Shown here in pieces: positions 1 through 12,158 of a DNA stretch of 64,000 nt; position 1 is the first letter of the stretch, and every line of letters begins with the position of its first letter. The translations under genes and the position numbers were made by a program. The notes below the pieces were generated by a model that searched no databases, had not been told where the DNA came from, and worked only from the letters and a program-made list of their open reading frames with translations. The DNA is from the human T2T-CHM13v2.0 reference genome, Homo sapiens, in NCBI GenBank assembly GCA_009914755.4, contig CP068257.2, forward strand, positions 13,408,001 through 13,472,000, in the 5' to 3' direction.

Positions 1-1904
1 GTGATGTATACTGTTATTTTTCCTTCCATTTACTTCATACAATTAAAAAAAAGGTTCCTACCACTCTCACTGTGACACATAAACAACTTAAAGATCAGTA
101 ACATAAAACAAAATTTGAATTTCTGATTGGTATAAAGAAATCCATATTAATTTTAGATTTTCAAAAGATTTAAAGTCAGATTTTAATTTTACTTTTGTTG
201 ACTGCCCAAAGGCCCATTTTTACCTATTCTCAATATTAACAAATATTGTCAGCTTTTGCCTTTAGCAACCCTAAACTTTACAGTTTTAAAGTAACATGCC
301 ATTAAACAGAATATACAATGATTTTGCAAAAGCAAGATCGTTTAGAGTACTGCCAAAACAATGAATAATCTCAATGAGATAATTTATTAAAGGAGGAAAA
401 AAGAGAACGAGAGTTTAAAATTCACAGTGAATGTGTTTGTGTTGTTAGAATGATGCCTGCAAAGGAAAGCATTCCTTGGCATTATCGGGAGGAATACCCA
501 TGGATGTGTAAAATGTAAAATAAATAGATAGATGTATGGTCAAAGCTAAGCAAACACTTGTATCAGGGGCAACTACCAGGAACTTTAGTTTTATTCACCC
601 TTTTCATTGCAAAGGATAATAGTGTTAATTTTGATCAGATGTCATGCCTTAGCTACAACTTTTAGTTCATGAAATAAAAATTAAGTTTGGGTGTCTGCTG
701 AGGAATCCAACAGTGGGAAATTCACACTCACAACTAATTTATAGAAATTCACACATTTCTATAACATACCGACTGACACTAATGAACAATGAGGGAAAAA
801 ATTGTTCAGGAATTCAGGATAAGTAAGCACTGGAGGAAAGCACACAGTAGAACACAGTGCATAAATAGTAAATGTGCTCATTTTTCTGCCCTTTTACTTC
901 ATATATTAGTCCATTAGCTTGTTCCTTTTTGCTATGATTTACAAGCAGGTGAATACACAGAAATATGAGCCAAAAGAAATATACTGTCAAATACTCATGA
1001 AGTTACCTTTGTTAAACAAAAAAGAAACAACAAACAACTTTGTCTTCACAAAGCAAGAAACTAGGTTAAAGTTATTTTAAGAGCATCTGTTAAAAATCAG
1101 TGTTATAAATATATATCCATATAATTTATTTTCTATTAGCATTTTAAAATAAATTTCTCGTCTAGAAATCTCTGAGCTCCATTTCAAAATAATTTTATTT
1201 TCTGTCTCTTACCAGCAGTTATTAATGTAGTTGAATATGACTCTTAGAAAAGAGTCAGGAAATTCACCTTCAGTGAAGAGCAAATCCTAATTTTTAAAAC
1301 ATAGATGGGCTTCATATACTACTTAATCCCATAACTTACCAAGTTCTGAATCATCAACTGTTCTTGATACCCTCTTAACTTTTAAGGTTACTGCACACCA
1401 AAATGAACTCTGGATGTGAAATGTTAAGATTTCCACCTTACCAAGCCGTCAAATCCAAGGCAGTTAAGTGTGCCCAGCTGGCGGGTCCCTTTGACTACAG
1501 GAAGTGATGCTAAGGAAACTGCCTAGTAGGCTCCAGAAATATTTGTATTCATTTCCTTACAAAAAAAATGTTGCCCCCAAAGATTTTGCTAAACGTTTTC
1601 TAATATAATTTGCGTATTACTGAAGAAATGTAATATTACAAAACAAATTATTTCAAGTACCAATTAATTATAATGTCAATAACAGTCAGTTTCACTTTTT
1701 CCCTCATAATTAGTATGCCTGGAAAGAAGAAGATACATTTTAAGGAAAAAATATTGTTCCTTTTAAAAGTCCTAATTTAAACAGACTAAAGAAAAAACGT
1801 GGAAGAGCTTCCATTATTCATAAGTTACACATAATAATTAACAACTGCTATGCATAAATACATAAAGGTTCTACTGCTGTGCCAAATTTTGCCAGTGGTT
1901 GGGA

Positions 1905-2030
1905 CTGGTACAGTTCAATTTAACAAATGCTTATAGACATCCTTCTGTGTGCCAGACACTTACAGGACCAACAGTACACTGATGAATAAGCTCCTATTCA
2001 TGGAGTTCTACCAAGGAAAACAGCTATAAC
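1905..2030 (-). mobile_element. MIR/L2-type core-SINE fragment (ancient)
   Basis: Reverse-complement match to the core motif ...caacaaatatttattgagcacctactatgtgccaggcactg... and the downstream ...cctgccctcatggagcttacattctag... segment. Diverged, as expected for an ancient mammalian-wide repeat. Confidence 0.5.
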
Positions 2031-3474
2031 ACAAGTTTAACTTTTACAATCAGGGCGTACACAAAACTGTGAAAGAAAATCTGATCTTGTTAGAGGCTTG
2101 GGGACAGAAGTAAGCCTACAAACTCCCTTGCCCACTGTCCCATGAGGGAGAATATTCCTTTCCAATTTGTTTCACCAACATCAGGAACGTGGCCAGTGTG
2201 TGGTCCATGAAAAGGTCTACACATAGGTTTCTTCTCTCTTGCTCTCTTTTCTAGGGGTGTAGACCAACGTGCACTTGGTTCATGGCACATTATCACCACT
2301 GGTCCACACAGTGCCCCCTCATCTTATTTGTTACCTTTCTCAAGAGAATAGAGGAATGGGGTCCATAAACTTTGAGATATGTTTCCAGTTGAACCAACAG
2401 ACCCAACCACCTACATTAATGGTGTTGGAATACTACTCATCAGTAAAAAGTAGAGCTGGCCTGTGAGTGTTCTGGTCAACTAAAGGTATCTGGCTCTCTT
2501 TGTCTGCAAATAAATAGCAAGTCTCCCTACTTCTTTTTAAATAAAATTCCAAATGTACGTAACATGTAAAACAATGCCACTGCATGAACATGTACATAAC
2601 TGTACTATTCTTTTTTTAAATTCTCAGCCTGGAAATTACATTTCAAGTACTAGAATATTCAACAAATCCTAAGACTTTTATGAAGACCATGAGAAGAAAA
2701 TAAGGTACTAGAACAAAAGTGATGCAGCCAGCCAATTCTCGTTTCATGTCTCAAGACCCAGTTCTTATTATTATAGATCCCTTTGTGGGGTTAGCTTGGA
2801 TTTTACTGCGGGATCCATCACCAAAGGTTATTAACTATTCCTTAACACCTGGTACACAAACCCCTCTTTCTGAGACTGCTTTGACAAAAATAAACAAAAA
2901 AGTGTGAAATAAATCAAGATTTGACTGACCATCCTAGGTCTACCCAACTGCTAGCTGAATGACTTTCAAAACGTCTTTAAATTCTTAAGGACTCAATTTC
3001 TTCCTCCGTAAAATGCAGATAGTAACTGTTTTGGGCATTTTAACTTAACAGCAATAACAAAAACTACAGGAAGATAAGTAATTATTGACCCCATTGTATC
3101 ACATGGATCCCCTGGCAATTAAAAAAAAAGATGAATGAGATATTAAGAAATAAAAAGGAAAACAGAGTAAAGACAAAACAGAAATAAAGAAGGAAACCCA
3201 AAAGGAAAGAAAATGGCACATAAGCACTAAATGGTAGCATTTTATCATTATTTTATTTATAGTCTACACTAACTGTGTGCTCTTCCATACAAAAGATGCA
3301 TCTAAAAACTAACTTGTTTGATAAATGGGGGGAGGACAAGGTGCCTCTAAGATAGGTGTGCTTAAATCCAGAGCAGCCGTAGCTTTTATCAAATTCTCTT
3401 CCAACCTGAAAAATCTAACGATTCTATGAAATAACTTCAATTTGTGAAAGCCCAAGCAAAAGAAATTCAAAGTT

Positions 3475-3490
3475 AAAAAAAAAAAAAAAA
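3475..3490. repeat. poly(A) run
   Basis: Uninterrupted run of 16 A. Confidence 0.9.
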
Positions 3491-6400
3491 GAAAATGTGA
3501 CTTTGACTCAGGTCAGTCAAGTATTACCAGGATAGATAAAAGTAGATTTTTAGCAATACAGTTAACAATGGGTCTTGCCACAATAATAGCAAACATCCAG
3601 ATATTGGAAAGGAATCAGATGGTAAATTTAAAAAAGACTGTTTTCAATCCTTATATTTGGCTTCACATAGATTCAGTGTATTTTAATTCATTTTTTTTTA
3701 AAAAGCATGGATCAGTTAAGGAAATAATATAAGTTCATTCTGATCTTTAGGAAGACATTCTTCCCCCCATATTGTTCACTTTGACAATTTCTCTTTTTTC
3801 TTATTTGGCCAAAATATAACGTATTCTCTAAACAAAACACAGATGTTTCCTTTGCAGCTTTTATACAAATCTCTTGCTTTTCCAACATGATTTGGCAACT
3901 CAAAATCCAAAGCACCCTAGAAAATATTATGTTTACACGTCTTATTATTCATCTTTGTGTCTCCAATATAGTTTCAATTTGACTATACCTTTCAGTGTAT
4001 AGGGAACCACTCAGCTTGAATCTTTTAGGTTCAAAAATTCCATAAATTTTAAATGAGGCAAGTAAAAGGAGGTGGAGAAGCTCATAACTCCATTTCTTAT
4101 GGCTTTAACAATAAAAGAACGTACCTGGTATGTACTTAAAAATGTACTATGTGCCACAAAGCTCCCCCACTCAACAATCTCCCTCCTGACACAGTCTACC
4201 CTCAAAATAAAGTCAACTACTCCTCATCTCTCTGCTTCCACTTCCTTCCAATTCACAAATACATTGTTAATTTCCTCTTTGCATTTCAGAGAGCAGTTTA
4301 TCAGCACAGGATAGTCTTTAACAAAATTGTTGTGAGTGAAGATAGGGTAATTAAAAAAAAAATCATGTTAAGAACTGTTAATAGTCAAGAGTTGTAACTT
4401 TTCAACCAGGAAGAGCTATGGTTCTGAATTTGCTACAACTGCTCCTTGAAGTGGACAAACATAACTAGCCTTGGGAACACTCAGTTTAAGACCATGACAA
4501 GCTATTTCAATGAATTATATAAAGAAACATAGTTGCTTTCACTGCCTCAAATAACACCGCAGTAATTCTGTGATACACTTCAGAAGAGTTAGCACTGGAG
4601 GGAAAAGAGCCTGTGCGGCAGCCCTTGGTGACTACATTTCCCTCCAGCGCAATGCAGGTAGCAGGACATCAGCGCTTTGAGAACTAGCATAAGCTGCTGC
4701 AGAATCATCGACTGGCAACAATGTGCCTTCCCAGAGAGCCTGGTCTTGGAGAATCCAGGCTATGAGGCTTGCAAATGCTGCATGAGTTTTATGGCTACCA
4801 GGTTGGGAGCAAGGTTTTTTAACGGCTTCCTGAATGTCAGATGGCAACTGGTTTTTTCTTCAAACAATGGCATATTCTTTAAGAAAATCAAATTATCAAT
4901 GAAATTTGCCATGTGACCACAGGCAAGTTAACTATTCTTGCATTTTTCAGACTAGGTTTCCTTATCTCTAAACTAGAGAAAATGATACCTACATGTCACA
5001 GGGGAACTGGAAGGATTAAAAGACAAAATGTGTGTAAAGCTTCCAGCACAATGTCTGGCACAAAACGGTTGCCCCAAAAAGTTCAATACTCTTCCTTTCC
5101 CTGCTCCCCCTCCCAACAAAACAGGAAAAGGCAACAGCCAAGTAACTAAACAACTTCTTAATATTCCAAGTTTCTACCCAATCATCTCTTCTTCTTTTAA
5201 AACCACAGGCTTGAAATCTTTACTGTTTACTGTCAACAACGGCATATACTGCTGTACAGTCAGAATTTTAGAATTTAGAAATCAAATATAACCCCCTTAT
5301 TCAACAGATGCTGCCGGGGGAGATAAAAGGGCTTTCCTTTTATCTGTATCATCTTGATTTAGTAGCAGAACCTAAACTCGAAAAATAAACGTGGAATAAC
5401 AGGAATACTATTTTTTAACATGTTTTTCAAAAATCAAACCTGAGCCTACATAACCCATTGTGCAAACAGTCCCTTTAGGAGAAAAACTGCAACTGTGATT
5501 AATTTCTCTCAAGAATATTTATTTCCCATTTGGAGAGTTTCACATGTTTCCAAACATATTTTCTTGATGTCCTCCATGTCATTGTGTATTCTCTCCTTCC
5601 CTTAATTTGTTTCTTTTCCAGTGTATAAATCTATTGCTCTATTATAGATTATTATAATATAAACTCATAAATTCAGGAATTTAAAAAAAATCTTTAAAAG
5701 CATGCTTCTCAGAAATCATTACACTCTGTTAAACACTTGCTATCTCTCAACTTCTAGATAGATTCCTCAAGAGAGAAGTCCTTTTTTCATTCTGAACTTC
5801 TAATTCTCAAATTTTGATTGTGTCCTGTTAGTTACCAAACACACCATTATACTACTACTCTCATTTCAATATTGTACATAAACGATTCCCCATCTTACTA
5901 ATGAAATGCTTTTTTAAAGCAGTAACATATTTAACATGTGCACATGTTATGAAGAGTATAGGCAAACTCAACTATTAAAAACATGTAACTATAAGGAAAG
6001 CCATCTTAGACACTATATGTGACTACAGCTAAGCTTTTCTCTTAAGTATCTAAAGCAAATCACCAGACTTTTACATAGTACCCTCACATAGCTAGATAAG
6101 AAAGTAAAAGTAAAATAATGAAAGCAGACTCTAAACAGCAGAAGCTCCAAACTCCTTAGTTTCTCTGTTGTGCTCAATCCTTTAGCAAATTACAGGCCTG
6201 AAAACAAGGAGTAGCTCTATCACTTAACAAGTGACTAAGGAATGACTTTGTTAATTAGAAGTCCAAGGGTGAGAGGCTCCTTTCCACCAAAGCTCTGAAT
6301 AAACATCAACATCAGGTCAACCAGAGTTGTCTTGGTCCCAGGAGTAGCTTAAGCGGATGACTCAAATTCCCAGCAGAATTCTAGTTTAATATTTATTGGA

Positions 6401-6695
6401 ACTCCGAGCTTAGTCACACAGTGACTTGGAATTTAAGACACATGGGGTCTCTTCTTTCCATCCTTAAAGATATTTTTGCTAAGTGACACAAAGTTAAAGA
6501 GGCAAGATGGGTTTTAATTTAGAGTTTTTATTCCCTGAGGTGTAAGAAATTAAAATTTTATTTTCTGGGGAGAGTGAACCATACTAGCTCTGAATTTCAA
6601 ACACAACTATTAACCCTGTCAGATAATTCTATTATCAAGTTTTACAAAACTGTTTACTATTATTATTTTTTTTTGCTACCCCAGCCCTATGTATT

Positions 6696-6760
6696 GAAAG
6701 TGGAAAGAAGGAAGGGAGGGAAGGAGGGAAGGAGAGAGGGAGAATGGATGAATGGATGTA
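6696..6760. repeat. GA-rich (GGAA/GGGA)n-like purine tract
   Basis: gaaagtggaaagaaggaagggagggaaggagggaaggagagagggagaatggatgaatggatg is almost purine-only on the + strand. Confidence 0.8.
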
Positions 6761-9700
6761 TGTCACAATCACCTTTCTAGCCAAAACTGCAACATATGCT
6801 GGAGTTCTTGAAATTATTTCAACCAAAAAAAGAATCACAGGACTCATAATTTGTTTAGCAGGTAATTATTTGCCCCATTATCTTCAAGAACAATCTATCT
6901 TAAAACTGTGTATAGCTTTTTAAGAAATCTTAATACTAAGAGGATCCTTTTTTTCATAACCCCAAAGAGTGTTTTCTTCCTCTATTTTTGAATTGCCAGC
7001 CTTCTCAATTCTTTAAATCTGATTCACATTATACTACTTTTAGAGTTCTAGGCTAAATGTTTATCCATAGCATGATTCAAGGTATTAATTTCAACAAAAT
7101 ACTAATATAATGATAAAATGTATCACATTTATTTTCAACTCTTTCCTATTCTTCTGATTTAAGAACTTAAAGAAAAATATTTTATGTTTCGGGTGCATTT
7201 TGATAAGCTAAAATACCACAACTTTTGTAATTCTTCATTTGTAATATTTGCAAGATAGTGTAGGGATCAATTTGAATTTCAAGGTTCATGATATAGAGTA
7301 TGTACCATAACAGTGAGAAAAGTTAGTATAAATTCCTACTCATCTCAGTTTCTATATTTATTGCAACAAATTAAAACTGCATTTCATAACTCGTAGTAAA
7401 ACAAAAGGAAAGTTCTGTTTTAAATAAACTCCAACCTTCAGAATCCTATACATTCAGTATCCATCAACCTGAACACTAAATTTCAAGAAAAAACAACAGA
7501 TGGGCATCCATATAATAGTTTGCAAAGAAACCCTGATAAGACTTCAGGAGTTTCTGTGGTCTCTATTTTCCCCCTACCATGAATCATAGGTAATGTGCTT
7601 AAATAAAGCATTATTTCTGCAGTTATTTACATGTTTATCTTTATCAGAGATCCTATAAAAGAATTATCCAGTTCACCACCCAAACTTTAGCACTCAGAAC
7701 ACGGTTTTCCCTGTTGATGAAGACCCTTGTAAAATTCCAGATCTTAAAAGATTAAAGAAAATGTGATCTAATATTAATTCATTTTCCTCCAAAGTATAAC
7801 TCCTGATTCCATGCTGGTACCCAATTTTGATCCTCTACTTTAAAGATATCTCAGAGACATTCAAAACAAAGTGTGAACATGCACAAAAGGGGAACTTGTC
7901 GTTTCTCTCCCTCAAACAACCACTATTTATATAATATTGCTGGCCTCCTAAAAGAGAATAGAATCCATTACCATCAGCAATTCATGTCTCTGCTTCAGCA
8001 TCAGATGCAAACAGGATACAGAAACTAGATCTCTCTCCTCCATTTACTTTTTGTTCATTCCAACCTCTCGACATAATCTTCAGTTCCATTCCAATGGCCT
8101 GTTTCACCATCTGACACTCCTGGTTTTTACCTTCTCAAGTCTTAGTGGCCATAGTGGTGTTACATTTCTCTAATTGTTGTGTTATCTAAATACTACAGGA
8201 TGAGCCTGCTCATTCCCCCTCCCCCAAAAGTCCCTGAAAAAACTACAACTTAAGGAAATGCAACTTGAACCTTTTTAGTTCACAGATTCAAACTCATATC
8301 CTGCAAGACCCTAGCATATCTTGTTGAAAATTTTCTTTGACTTTTCAACAGTAGTCAAGATTATTTTAATGAAAATATTTCTCCAGTTGGAAGACATGGG
8401 TATACAGGACTTTGCTAGAACGGCAAATGCTTTTTCCCAGTCTTCATCCGTGTAACAGTAAATCATTATTAAACAAACACACAGAACAAAACCCACTCTG
8501 ATTGTGTATCAATCACCTGAAGGGGCAGAAGGGAAAAGTACAAGAGTGAAGAAACTTCTCCCCACCCACAGCCAAGAAGGAACGCTGCAACTAAGGCAGT
8601 TTTTCATGGAAGAAAATATCCAAAGATCTAGACAGTGTTTATTTTAGAAAAGGGGAAGAGAGCAAGGGAGGGAGGGAAATGGTAGGGAAGGGACTACCAT
8701 TTCCTCTTACTAACCTACATTAAAAACTAATTGTATCAAGCAATCTCAAATGCGAAAAGCAAAACTGACCCTAGCACAATTTAAAGTGAATAATGTTTTC
8801 CTTGACAAAAATTCGGTATTTTAAACTCATTCTGAGCAAAATTATCTTTTAACCTGATACACCAAACTATTACTGCTTTTCCCAAACAACAGTTAGAACA
8901 TGAGCTTTTGAGTTTCTTACATTCTTTACGTTTTAAAATTAAAAGCCAAATTCCTTTAACCTCATATATCCTAAGCCACTCTGATTTAAAATTACTTCTA
9001 TGTCATTGTCTTCTAGCATTGGTCTGCAATAGAATCTGTGCAATTAACAATAATCTTCTTCCCTCTGATCTTTCTAGAGTCAAGGATGGCATATCTCCTT
9101 ATCTTATTTGTTCCATTAGATTGGCATATTTTGCCTCATCTGTCACCTTCTATCAAACTCTGCTTTCAGATATGCGTTAATTCATTTTTAGTTGTCCTCA
9201 ATGTTCTAAAATAGTGATGTTTGACAGAATTAATACAGTGCTCTAGTTCTTTCTGTTCAACTGGTATTTAATTAAAGATCTTGGAGGCCATCTTTCTCTC
9301 AGGCTACACCACTTAAAGGAGGAACATTACTTCTTCCATGGACAATGTGATAAGCCACATGGCAACAAAGCTGCCTCCCTAAGGTCTCTCATTTAATAGA
9401 CTGCTTTACCACATATAAACTACCAGCAAAACAGATTATCACTTTAATTCACATTGATTTTACTCTTCATATCTCTGAATCACAACTCTGTCATGGGCTG
9501 CGTTCTCTCTTAACTTCTGAATTTCCAGAATTTCTGTAGTTGTAATGCTCTCCTGTATTTTTGCTTTTGTTTCATCTGGACTTCAAAAAGTTCTAATGGC
9601 ATCTGATTGGGAAGATTTCTTGAATCTCTGATAACAACGCAGAAGTCTTTAAGCAATCAGAACTGCCTTGGCGCACAAACTGAAAACTCCGTTTTAAAAT

Positions 9701-10109
9701 CTTCTGAATTAACATCTTTTGGAGAATAGCCCACTCAACTTGATATGTCATAATTTTCAATTCTAAAGGTGGCACGGATAATTTAAAGTGGCACTTGCTA
9801 TTTATTACTTAAATAATTGTTCTCTTGGACGGGCTTTTGAAAGCTAGTACTTCTTAATCATTTTCGACTATATCAGAACTGTAACAGACATGTCAATTTA
9901 AGCAAACTTCATGAGCAATAAACTAACAAACAGACTCTAGGTGGTGGTATAGGTTATTTTTTATCATGATGTTTTGCACTTATAACTGCAAGAGTCAGAA
10001 AAGCCTTTAGTCTCTTCACACACTTCTTTAGTGCAAAGTTAACAATATTTTAGGGTGTTAAAATTAGCAAAATCCAAGTTCTGCAGAGTTTAGAAATGCA
10101 TGTAAAAGA

Positions 10110-10171
10110 GGCATTAAACCTGGTTTTCAACTAACTTCCCACAGGCATTAAACCTGGTTTTTCAACTAACT
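10110..10171. repeat. 34-bp tandem duplication (ggcattaaacctggtttt(t)caactaact x2)
   Basis: Two near-identical copies at 10110-10136 and 10144-10171 separated by 7 bp. Confidence 0.8.
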
Positions 10172-12070
10172 CATTTGAATAAAATCAACAACGAACAGTC
10201 CTTTTTTTTTTCTGTTATGTTCTGATGTATATTTTACTCACACTCCTAGGGCACTTTTAAAGGTAAGTTTGGAAAGAGGTCTTTCTCCACCAGAGTATGA
10301 AACAGACTAGAACAACCAATCCTACAACCTGCAGGGCAGTAGCCGCTCCACTAATTGATTCTCCTTCTTTGTCTCTAGGAACTATGCCCAGGCAGAAAAA
10401 AAGTTACTGTAGGTGATGAAGCCAGTGCTCCCTGAACCAAATAAACCCTATCGACGTTACCGAACTGCCGGGCAAAACCAGAGCAACTCACTTACTTGGA
10501 AGGTGAAAAACACTTCAACATACTCCAGGCGGCAACCGACACTTAGGGGCCAGGCAGATGAAACACCATTTGTTTAAAAAGTCTATTATTTCACTGTCTC
10601 TTCAACAAAGGTGGAAAACTGATGATTAAACACTGAATAATGCCACCCACTTACTAAACCTATGATTCACTAATAAGCAGGTTCAATGCAATTCATAACT
10701 TTAAAGAATGAATTACCGAAGCCCCTTGCTTCACAAATTCCCCCAAGAAACAGAAAGAGCATTCATCACATATAACCCGACAACCATTTTTACTATGGAC
10801 ACCTACAGATGGCTTCTCTTCCTCTAAGGACACAATTTCCTTCACAATCCCACATGTAATCATTTACAATACCAGAAACAAACTCCAACTCAGTTCCACC
10901 AACTGGGTTTTTAAAAATCCTTGTGCCTAAGAACGTCTTTTTTCCCCAAAGTAAAATGTGCCATTAAAAAATATTTTTAAAACGCAAAAGTGCTTATCAT
11001 TCCGTACTTCTTTTACTACCTTCAGCAGCCAATTATTGACGTGATAAAAGGTAGAAACTCCTGGAATGCTTCAGAGATCAACATGTGTCACAGACTCCCA
11101 GCCTGTCCGCCTCTAAGACACAGTTGGTTCCTTTGTTCCTTCTGACTGAACACCAACTCCTGATCAAAATTGGGAAACTACTTTGGAAGGGATGGGAGGG
11201 TCTGCAGAATACATCCACGGAAACCTTCATAAAACAATATTCAATCGTAATAAGGTGGACACAGAAGAAGGGAGAAAAGGCAGCCTCCCGGACTTCCACC
11301 GGGCTCACCCTAAATGGGGGCCGGCCCCTGGCTCCTGGTAAAATGATGGCTGAGGCCTCGGGTCCGTGAGCCTCGCCATCGGGAGGGGACCGCGAGTGCG
11401 GGCAGAGCGGCCCGGGGTCGGGTGGGGGCCGGGCGAGCTGTCCCTTTTCCTATTCACTTTCCCAGCCGGGTATCCAGCGAGCAAGGAGCAGGGAGGCACC
11501 CAGGCGAAAGGCGCCGCCCAGGATCCGGCTGGACAGCAGGACGGAGAGCGGCGAGGCGAGCGGTGCCCGGGGTTCGGGACCGAGAGGGCAAGCGAGCGGG
11601 GGCAACCCCGACCCGGCCCCCCGAGTCCGGCCCCGCTCAGGGGCCACGCGACGGCCGCCCCCTTGCCCAGAACTGGCACGGACGGGCGGGCCGACCCGGG
11701 GCCACTCCACAACTTGCCGGCCCGCCGCCCCGGCCCCCCGCGAGAACCCGGAGACTCGAACCAGGCAGCAGAGGCAGGATTTCCCCGGAAACGCGCCCTC
11801 CCCGCCGCCCCGACGCCCCCGCGGCCCTGCCAGCCAAGCGAGAGCCGACGCGGGCCGCGCTCCCGGGCCGTTTCCGGCGGCGCCGGCGGCCGCTACTCCT
11901 GGCGCCCTGGCCGCGGCCGTCACTCACCCCAGGCCGCCGCGGCTCCCAGCCTCCGGCTCCGTCAGGCTCGGTCCGCGAAGGCGCCTGCCGCCCCGTCCTG
12001 GCCCGGCGCCCCGGCGAGCTCTTCCCTCCGACCAGCGGCGCTCACGGCGCAGCGGCGGACGCGAGGCCAC

Positions 12071-12114
12071 GGGCGGACGGGCGCGCGCGGGTGGCGGGCG
12101 GGCGTGGGGCCGGG
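12071..12114 (+). other. G-quadruplex-forming motif (six or more G-runs)
   Basis: gggcggacgggcgcgcgcgggtggcgggcgggcgtggggccggg. A second motif is gggtcgggtgggggccggg at about 11408-11427. C-run mirror motifs, which are G4 on the minus strand, sit at about 12300-12345 and 12690-12760. Confidence 0.6.
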
Positions 12115-12123
12115 TCGTCCCTG

Positions 12124-12158
12124 CGCCTCGCCGCCGCCTCCTCCGCCGCCGCCTCCCG
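12124..12158. repeat. imperfect (GCC)n / (CGG)n trinucleotide tract inside the CpG island
   Basis: cgcctcgccgccgcctcctccgccgccgcctcccg. The same tract gives the PPPPPPPPPP run in the + frame ORF and the poly-Gly/Arg runs in the minus frames. Confidence 0.85.

Noticed and set aside
10486-10497. Consensus GTAAGT splice-donor hexamer on the minus strand (revcomp of acttac at 10489-10494), about 800 bp left of the CpG island.
   Set aside because: A single hexamer match is expected by chance many times in 64 kb. There is no supporting exon-like sequence or ORF.
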